This document shows, piece by piece, positions 54,969 through 64,000 of a stretch of DNA of 64,000 nt (positions are counted from its first letter, which is position 1; the number at the start of each line of letters is the position of its first letter). A model generated the notes under the pieces. The model made no database searches, had not been told where the DNA came from, and worked only from the letters and a program-made list of their open reading frames with translations. Where the stretch lies: the NCBI GenBank assembly GCA_043228905.1, contig JBHGNT010000050.1:62001-126000 (forward strand), in the 5' to 3' direction. The stretch is from Azolla caroliniana. Taxonomy: Eukaryota; Plantae; Polypodiophyta. Both the position numbers and the translations under genes were made by a program.

Positions 54969-57900
54969 TAGCCTTGTTAGCTTCGATTCGCATGTTTGAA
55001 CAAAGAAATCCGATATCACACGAGCCAGGTATTACCATTTTAATTTACTCACTCGCTCTTCTCAACTCCCTCCTCAAATTTATTAATTTCCTCATGTCTC
55101 TCGGCCTCAATTTTAAAATTATAATTTGTCAATTCAATATCATAGCTAGCGTTGTTAACTTCGATTTTGCATGTTTGAACACAAAAATCCGATGTCACAC
55201 GAGCTAGGTATGACCATTTTAATTTACTCACTAGCTCTTCTCAACTCCCTCCTCAAATATTGTAATTTCTTCATGTCGCTCGACCTGAGTTTCAAAATCT
55301 CGATTTTTCAATTCAATATCATAGCTAGCGTTGTTAGCTTCCTTTCGCATGTTTGAACAGAGAAATCCGATATCACACGTGCCAGGTTTGACCATTTTAA
55401 TTTACTGACGCACTCTTCTCCACTACCTCCTTAAATTTGCTAATTTCGTCATGTCTCTCGGCCTATTCAATATCATAGCTAGCATTGTTAACTTCGATTC
55501 GCATGTTTGAACACAGAAATCCGATATCACACGAGCCAGGTATGACCATTTTAATTTACTCACTCGCTCTTCTCAACTCCCTCCTCAAACATGCTAATTT
55601 CCTCATGTCTTTCGACGTGAGTTTCAAAATCTTGATTTTTTAATTCTATATCAAAGCTAGCGTTGTTAGCTTCGATTCGCATGTTTGAACACAGACATCC
55701 GATATCACACGAGCTGGGTATGACCATTTTAATTTACTCACTGGCTCTTCTCAACTCCCTCCTCAAATATGCTAATTTCCTCATGTCTCTCGACCTGATT
55801 TTCAAAATCTCGATTTTTTAATTCTATATCATAGCTAGCCTTGTTAGTTTCGACTCGCATGTTTGAACACAGAAATCCGATGTCACACAAGCCAGGTATG
55901 ACCATTTTAATTTACTCACACGCTCTTCTCAACACCCTCCTCAAATATTGTAATTTCTTCATGTCGCTCGACCTGAGTTTCAAAATCTCGATTTTTTAAT
56001 TCTATATCATAGCTAGCGTTGTTAACTTCGATGCGCATGTTTGAATAGAGAAATCCGATATCACACGAGCCAGGTATGACCATTTTAATTTACTCACTGG
56101 CTCTTCTCAACTCCCTCCTCAAATATGCTAATTTCCACATGTCTCTCGATCTGAGTTTCAAAATCTCGATTTTTTAATTCTATATCATAGCTAGCGTTGT
56201 TAGATTCGATTCGCATGTTTGAACACAAAAATCCGATATCACACGAGCCAGGTATGACCATTTTAATTTACTCACACGCTCTTCTCAACTCCCTCCTCAA
56301 ATATGCTAATTTCCTCATGTCTCTCGACCTGAGTTTCAAAATCTCGATTTTTTAATTCTATGTCATAACTAGCCTTGTTAGCTTCGATTCGCATGTTTGA
56401 ACACAGAAATCCGATATCACACGAGCCAGGTATGACCATTTTAATTTACTCACTCGCTCTTCTCAACTCCCTCCACCAACATGCTAATTTCCTCATGTCT
56501 TTCGACGTCAGTTTCAAAATCTTGATTTTTTAATTCTATATCATAGCTAGCCTTGTTAGCTTCGATTCGCATGTTTGAACACAAAAATCCGATATCACAA
56601 GAGCCAGGTATGACCATTTTAATTTACTCACTCGCTCTTCTCAACTCCCTCCTCCAGCATGCTAATTTCCTCATGTCTTTCGACGTCAGTTTCAAAATCT
56701 TGATATTTTAATTCTATATCATAGCTAGCGTTGTTAGCTTCGATTCGCATGTTTGAACACAAAAATCCGATATCACACGAGCCAGGTATGAACATTTTAA
56801 TTTACTCACTAGCTCTTCTCAACTCCCTCCTCAAATATTGTAATTTCTTCATGTCTCTCGACCTGAGTTTCAAAATCTCGATTTTTTAATTCTATATCAT
56901 AGCTAGCCTTGTTAGTTTCGATTCGCATGTTTGAATACAGAAATCCGATATCACACGAGCCAGGTATAACCATTTTAATTTACTCACTCGCTCTTCTCAA
57001 CTCCCTCCTCCAACATGCTAATTTCCTCATGTCTTTCGACGTCAGTTTCAAAATCTTGATATTTTAATTCTATATCATAGCTAGCCTTGTTAGCTTCGAT
57101 TCACATGTTTGAGCACAGAAATCCGATATCACACGAGCCAAGTATGACCATTTTAATTTACTCACTGGCTCTTCTCAACTCCCTCCTCAAATATGTTAAT
57201 TTCGTCATGTCTCTCGACCTGAGTTTCAAAATCTCGATTTTTTAATTCTATATCATACCTAGCTTTGTTAGCTTCGATTCGCATGTTTGAACACAAAAAT
57301 CAAATATCACACGAGCCAGGTATGACCATTTTAATTTACTCACTCGCTCTTCTCAACTCCCTCCTCCAACATGCTAATTTCCTCATGTCTTTCGACGTCA
57401 GTTTCAAAATCTTGATTTTTTAATTCTATATCATAGCTAGCCTTGTTAGTTTCGATTCGCATGTTTGAACACAGAAATCCGATATCACACGAGCCAGGTA
57501 TGACCATTTTAATTTACTCACTCGCTCTTCTCAACTCCCTCCTCCAACATGCTAATTTCCTCATGTCTTTCGACGTCAGTTTCAAAATCTCGATTTTTTA
57601 ATTCTATATCATAGCTAGCCTTGTTAGCTTCGATTTGCATGTTTGAACACAGAAATCCGATATCACACGAGCCAGGTATGACCATTTAAATTTACTCACT
57701 GGCTCTTCTCAACTCCCTCCTCAAATATGCTAATTTCGGCATGTCTCTCGACCTGAGTTTCAAAATCTTGATTTTTAAATTCTATATCAAAGCTAGCGTT
57801 GTTAGCTTCGATTCGCATGTTTGAACACAAAAATCCGATATTAAACGAGCCAGGTATGACCATTTTAATTTACTCACTCGCTCTTCTCAACTCCCTCCTC

Positions 57901-60900
57901 AAATATGCTAATTTCCGCATGTCTCTCGACCTGAGTTTCAAAATCTCGATCTTCTAATTCTATATCATAGCTAGCGTTGTTAGCTTCGATTCGCATGTTT
58001 GAACACAAAAATCCGATATCACACGAGCCAGGTATGAACATTTTAATTTACTCACTAGCTCTTCTCAACTCCCTCCTCAAATATTGTAATTTCTTCATGT
58101 CTCTCGACCTGAGTTTCAAAATCTCGATTATTTAATTCTATATCATAGCTAGCGTTCTTATCTTCGATTCGCATGTTTGAACACAAAAATCCGATATCAG
58201 ACGTGCCAGGTATGAACATTTTAATTTACTCACTGGCTCTTCTCAACTCCTTCTTGAAATACGCTAATTTCCTCATGTCTCTCGACCTGAGTTTCAAAAT
58301 CTCGATTTTTTAATTCTATATCATAGCTAGCGTTGTTAGCTTCGATTTGCATGTTTGAACACAAAAATCCGATATCACACGAGCCAGGTATGAACATTTT
58401 AATTTACTCACTAGCTCTTCTCAACTCCCTCCTCAAATATTGTAATTTCTTCATGTCTCTCGACCTGAGTTTCAAAGTCTCGATTATTTAATTCTATATC
58501 ATAGCTAGCGTTGTTATCTTCGATTCGCATGTTTGAACACAAAAATCCGATATCACACATGCCAGGTATGAACATTTTAATTTACTCACTAGCTCTTCTC
58601 AACTCCCTCCTCAAATATTCTAATTTCCTCATGTCGCTCGACCTGAGTTTCAAAATCTCGATTTTTTAATTCTATATCATAGCTAGCGTTGTTAGCTTCG
58701 ATTCGCATGTTTGAACACAAAAATCCGATATCACACGAGCCAGGTATGAACATTTTAATTTACTCACTAGCTCTTCTCAACTCCCTCCTCAAATATTGTA
58801 ATTTCCTCATGTCTTTCGACATCAGTTTCAAAATCTTGATTTTTTAATTCTATATCATAGCTAGCGTTGTTAGCTTCGATTCGCATGTTTGAACAGAGAA
58901 ATCCGATATCACACGTGCCAGGTTTGACCAGTTTAATTTACTCACTCGCTCTTCTCAACTCCCTCCTCAAATATGCTAATTTCCTCATGTCTCTCGACCT
59001 GAGTTTCAAAATCTCGATTTTTTAATTCTATGTCATAACTAGCCTTGTTAGCTTCGATTCGCATGTTTGAACACAGAAATCCGATATCACACGAGCCAGG
59101 TATGACCATTTTAATTTACTCACTCGCTCTTCTCAACTCCCTCCTCCAACATGCTAATTTCCTCATGTCTTTCGACGTCAGTTTCCAAATCTCGATTTTT
59201 TAATTCTATATCATAGCTAGCCTTGTTAGCTTCGATTCGCATGTTTGAACACAGAAATCCGATATCACACGAGCCAGGTATGACCATTTTAATTTACTCA
59301 CTCGCTCTTCTCAACTCCCTCCTCCAACATGCTAATTTCCTCATGTCTTTCGACGTCAGTTTCAAAATCTTGATTTTTTAATTCTATATCATAGCTAGCC
59401 TTGTTAGTTTCGATTCGCATGTTTGAACACAAAAATCCGATATCACACGAGCCAGGTATGACCATTTTAATTTACTCACTCGCTCTTCTCAACTCCCTCC
59501 TCCAACATGCTAATTTCCTCATGTCTTTCGACGTCAGTTTCAAAATCTCGATTTTTTAATTCTATATCATAGCTAGCCTTGTTAGCTTCGATTTGCATGT
59601 TTGAACACAGAAATCCGATATCACACGAGCCAGGTATGACCATTTAAATTTACTCACTGGCTCTTCTCAACTCCCTCCTCAAATATGCTAATTTCGGCAT
59701 GTCTCTCGACCTGAGTTTCAAAATCTTGATTTTTAAATTCTATATCAAAGCTAGCGTTGTTAGCTTCGATTCGCATGTTTGAACACAAAAATCCGATATT
59801 AAACGAGCCAGGTATGACCATTTTAATTTACTCACTCGCTCTTCTCAACTCCCTCCTCAAATATGCTAATTTCCGCATGTCTCTCGACCTGAGTTTCAAA
59901 ATCTCGATCTTCTAATTCTATATCATAGCTAGCGTTGTTAGCTTCGATTCGCATGTTTGAACACAAAAATCCGATATCACACGAGCCAGGTATGAACATT
60001 TTAATTTACTCACTAGCTCTTCTCAACTCCCTCCTCAAATATTGTAATTTCTTCATGTCTCTCGACCTGAGTTTCAAAATCTCGATTATTTAATTCTATA
60101 TCATAGCTAGCGTTCTTATCTTCGATTCGCATGTTTGAACACAAAAATCCGATATCAGACGTGCCAGGTATGAACATTTTAATTTACTCACTGGCTCTTC
60201 TCAACTCCTTCTTGAAATACGCTAATTTCCTCATGTCTCTCGACCTGAGTTTCAAAATCTCGATTTTTTAATTCTATATCATAGCTAGCGTTGTTAGCTT
60301 CGATTTGCATGTTTGAACAAAAAAATCCGATATCACACGAGCCAGGTATGAACATTTTAATTTACTCACTAGCTCTTCTCAACTCCCTCCTCAAATATTG
60401 TAATTTCTTCATGTCTCTCGACCTGAGTTTCAAAGTCTCGATTATTTAATTCTATATCATAGCTAGCGTTGTTATCTTCGATTCGCATGTTTGAACACAA
60501 AAATCCGATATCACACGTGCCAGGTATGAACATTTTAATTTACTCACTAGCTCTTCTCAACTCCCTCCTCAAATATTCTAATTTCCTCATGTCGCTCGAC
60601 CTGAGTTTCAAAATCTCGATTTTTTAATTCTATATCATAGCTAGCGTTGTTAGCTTCGATTCGCATGTTTGAACACAAAAATCCGATATCACACGAGCCA
60701 GGTATGAACATTTTAATTTACTCACTAGCTCTTCTCAACTCCCTCCTCAAATATTGTAATTTCCTCATGTCTTTCGACATCAGTTTCAAAATCTTGATTT
60801 TTTAATTCTATATCATAGCTAGCGTTGTTAGCTTCGATTCGCATGTTTGAACAGAGAAATCCGATATCACACGTGCCAGGTTTGACCAGTTTAATTTACT

Positions 60901-63900
60901 CACTCGCTCTTCTCAACTCCCTCCTCAAATATTGTAATTTCCTCATGTCTCTCGACCTGAGTTTCAAAGTCTTGATTTTTTAATTCTATATCATAGCTAG
61001 CCTTGTTAGTTTCGATTCGCATGTTGGAACACAGAAATCCGATATCACACGAGCCAGGTATGACCATTTTAATTTACTCACTCGCTCTTCTCAACTCCCT
61101 CCTCCAACATGCTAATTTCCTCATGTCTTTAGACGTCAGTTTCAAAATCTTGATTTTTTAATTCTATATCATAGCTAGCCTTGTTAGCTTCGATTTGCAT
61201 GTTTGAACACAGAAATCCGATATCACACGAGCCAGGTATGACCATTTTAATTTACTCACACGCTCTTCTCAACTCCCTCCTCAAATATGCTAATTTCGGC
61301 ATGTCTCTCGACCTGAGTTTCAAAATCTTGATTTTTTAATTCTATATCATAGCTAGCCTTGTTAGTTTCGATTCGCATGTTTGAACACAGAAATCCGATA
61401 TCACACGAGCCAGGTATGACCATTTTAATTTACTCACTCGCTCTTCTCAACTCCCTCCTCCAACATGCTAATTTCCTCATGTCTTTCGACGTCAGTTTCA
61501 AAATCTCGATTTTTTAATTCTATATCATAGCTAGCCTTGTTAGCTTCGATTTGCATGTTTGAACACAGAAATCCGATATCACACGAGCCAGGTATGACCA
61601 TTTAAATTTACTCACTGGCTCTTCTCAACTCCCTCCTCAAATATGCTAATTTCGGCATGTCTCTCGACCTGAGTTTCAAAATCTTGATTTTTAAATTCTA
61701 TATCAAAGCTAGCGTTGTTAGCTTCGATTCGCATGTTTGAACACAAAAATACGATATTAAACGAGCCAGGTATGACCATTTTAATTTACTCACTCGCTCT
61801 TCTCAACTCCCTCCTCAAATATGCTAATTTCCGCATGTCTCTCGACCTGAGTTTCAAAATCTCGATCTTCTAATTCTATATCATAGCTAGCGTTGTTAGC
61901 TTCGATTCGCATGTTTGAACACAAAAATCCGATATCACACGAGCCAGGTATGACCATTTTAATTTACTCACTCGCTCTTCTCAACTCCCTCCTCCAACAT
62001 GCTAATTTCCTCATGTCTTTCGACGTCAGTTTCAAAATCTCGATTTTTTAATTCTATATCATAGCTAGCCTTGTTAGCTTCGATTTGCATGTTTGAACAC
62101 AGAAATCCGATATCACACGAGCCAGGTATGACCATTTAAATTTACTCACTGGCTCTTCTCAACTCCCTCCTCAAATATGCTAATTTCGGCATGTCTCTCG
62201 ACCTGAGTTTCAAAATCTTGATTTTTAAATTCTATATCAAAGCTAGCGTTGTTAGCTTCGATTCGCATGTTTGAACACAAAAATCCGATATTAAACGAGC
62301 CAGGTATGACCATTTTAATTTACTCACTCGCTCTTCTCAACTCCCTCCTCAAATATGCTAATTTCCGCATGTCTCTCGACCTGAGTTTCAAAATCTCGAT
62401 CTTCTAATTCTATATCATAGCTAGCGTTGTTAGCTTCGATTCGCATGTTTGAACACAAAAATCCGATATCACACGAGCCAGGTATGAACATTTTAATTTA
62501 CTCACTAGCTCTTCTCAACTCCCTCCTCAAATATTGTAATTTCTTCATGTCTCTCGACCTGAGTTTCAAAATCTCGATTTTTTAATTCTATATCATAGCT
62601 AGCCTTGTTAGTTTCGATTCGCATGTTTGAATACAGAAATCCGATATCACACGAGCCAGGTATAACCATTTTAATTTACTCACTCGCTCTTCTCAACTCC
62701 CTCCTCCAACATGCTAATTTCCTCATGTCTTTCGACGTCAGTTTCAAAATCTTGATATTTTAATTCTATATCATAGCTAGCCTTGTTAGCTTCGATTCAC
62801 ATGTTTGAGCACAGAAATCCGATATCACACGAGCCAAGTATGACCATTTTAATTTACTCACTGGCTCTTCTCAACTCCCTCCTCAAATATGTTAATTTCG
62901 TCATGTCTCTCGACCTGAGTTTCAAAATCTCGATTTTTTAATTCTATATCATACCTAGCTTTGTTAGCTTCGATTCGCATGTTTGAACACAAAAATCAAA
63001 TATCACACGAGCCAGGTATGACCATTTTAATTTACTCACTCGCTCTTCTCAACTCCCTCCTCCAACATGCTAATTTCCTCATGTCTTTCGACGTCAGTTT
63101 CAAAATCTTGATTTTTTAATTCTATATCATAGCTAGCCTTGTTAGTTTCGATTCGCATGTTTGAACACAGAAATCCGATATCACACGAGCCAGGTATGAC
63201 CATTTTAATTTACTCACTCGCTCTTCTCAACTCCCTCCTCCAACATGCTAATTTCCTCATGTCTTTCGACGTCAGTTTCAAAATCTCGATTTTTTAATTC
63301 TATATCATAGCTAGCCTTGTTAGCTTCGATTTGCATGTTTGAACACAGAAATCCGATATCACACGAGCCAGGTATGACCATTTAAATTTACTCACTGGCT
63401 CTTCTCAACTCCCTCCTCAAATATGCTAATTTCGGCATGTCTCTCGACCTGAGTTTCAAAATCTTGATTTTTAAATTCTATATCAAAGCTAGCGTTGTTA
63501 GCTTCGATTCGCATGTTTGAACACAAAAATCCGATATTAAACGAGCCAGGTATGACCATTTTAATTTACTCACTCGCTCTTCTCAACTCCCTCCTCAAAT
63601 ATGCTAATTTCCGCATGTCTCTCGACCTGAGTTTCAAAATCTCGATCTTCTAATTCTATATCATAGCTAGCGTTGTTAGCTTCGATTCGCATGTTTGAAC
63701 ACAAAAATCCGATATCACACGAGCCAGGTATGAACATTTTAATTTACTCACTAGCTCTTCTCAACTCCCTCCTCAAATATTGTAATTTCTTCATGTCTCT
63801 CGACCTGAGTTTCAAAATCTCGATTATTTAATTCTATATCATAGCTAGCGTTCTTATCTTCGATTCGCATGTTTGAACACAAAAATCCGATATCAGACGT

Positions 63901-64000
63901 GCCAGGTATGAACATTTTAATTTACTCACTGGCTCTTCTCAACTCCTTCTTGAAATACGCTAATTTCCTCATGTCTCTCGACCTGAGTTTCAAAATCTCG
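54969..64000. repeat. 178-bp tandem satellite array (right part), same family and orientation
   Basis: The same monomer resumes after the insertion and continues to the window end. Confidence 0.98.
57300..62000. repeat. Distinct 11-mer periodicity of 1958 bp (11x178), about two good copies plus a partly rearranged third; boundaries approximate
   Basis: Variant GATATTAAACGAG has its TT at 57841, 59799 and 61757 (spacing 1958). Variants GCGTTCTTATC, TTCAAAGTCTCG and TTCGACATCAG are shared by the first two copies. Confidence 0.8.

Noticed and set aside
54969-55019. Apparent N-terminus (MISDFFVQTCESKLTRL) of the 532-aa RT ORF, suggesting a satellite-RT fusion gene
   Set aside because: This is satellite sequence read in frame from a GTG. 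There is no ATG until deep inside the RT, so it is a truncation junction, not a real start.
54974-55356. Three short ORFs just right of the insertion
   Set aside because: Satellite-derived, like the others.
1-64000. CRISPR array, or an RT-plus-repeat-array prokaryotic system (retron, DGR, RT-Cas1)
   Set aside because: Repeats are contiguous 178-bp monomers without unique spacers and there are no cas or accessory genes. The RT motifs are PLE-type.

Overview
This is eukaryotic heterochromatin, probably centromeric or pericentromeric. About 62 kb of the 64 kb is one head-to-tail, single-orientation satellite with a 178-bp monomer (about 348 copies). I do not recognise the family; it does not resemble Arabidopsis CEN178 or primate alpha satellite as I recall them. 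The array is organised into domains of higher-order repeats (HORs): a highly homogeneous 11-mer/13-mer core (1955/2311 bp) at about 28-49 kb, more mosaic flanks, and a different 1958-bp 11-mer at right. The only non-satellite sequence is a 2086-bp minus-strand insertion at 52883-54968. It is a 5'-truncated Penelope-like retroelement (PLE) with an uninterrupted reverse transcriptase frame that stops where a C-terminal GIY-YIG endonuclease would normally start. Its 3' region reads (CT)31, TATATAAA, a type I hammerhead ribozyme and a pyrimidine-rich tail, and points into the satellite. All other listed ORFs are translations of satellite DNA and are not genes. Host species cannot be determined from the sequence alone.
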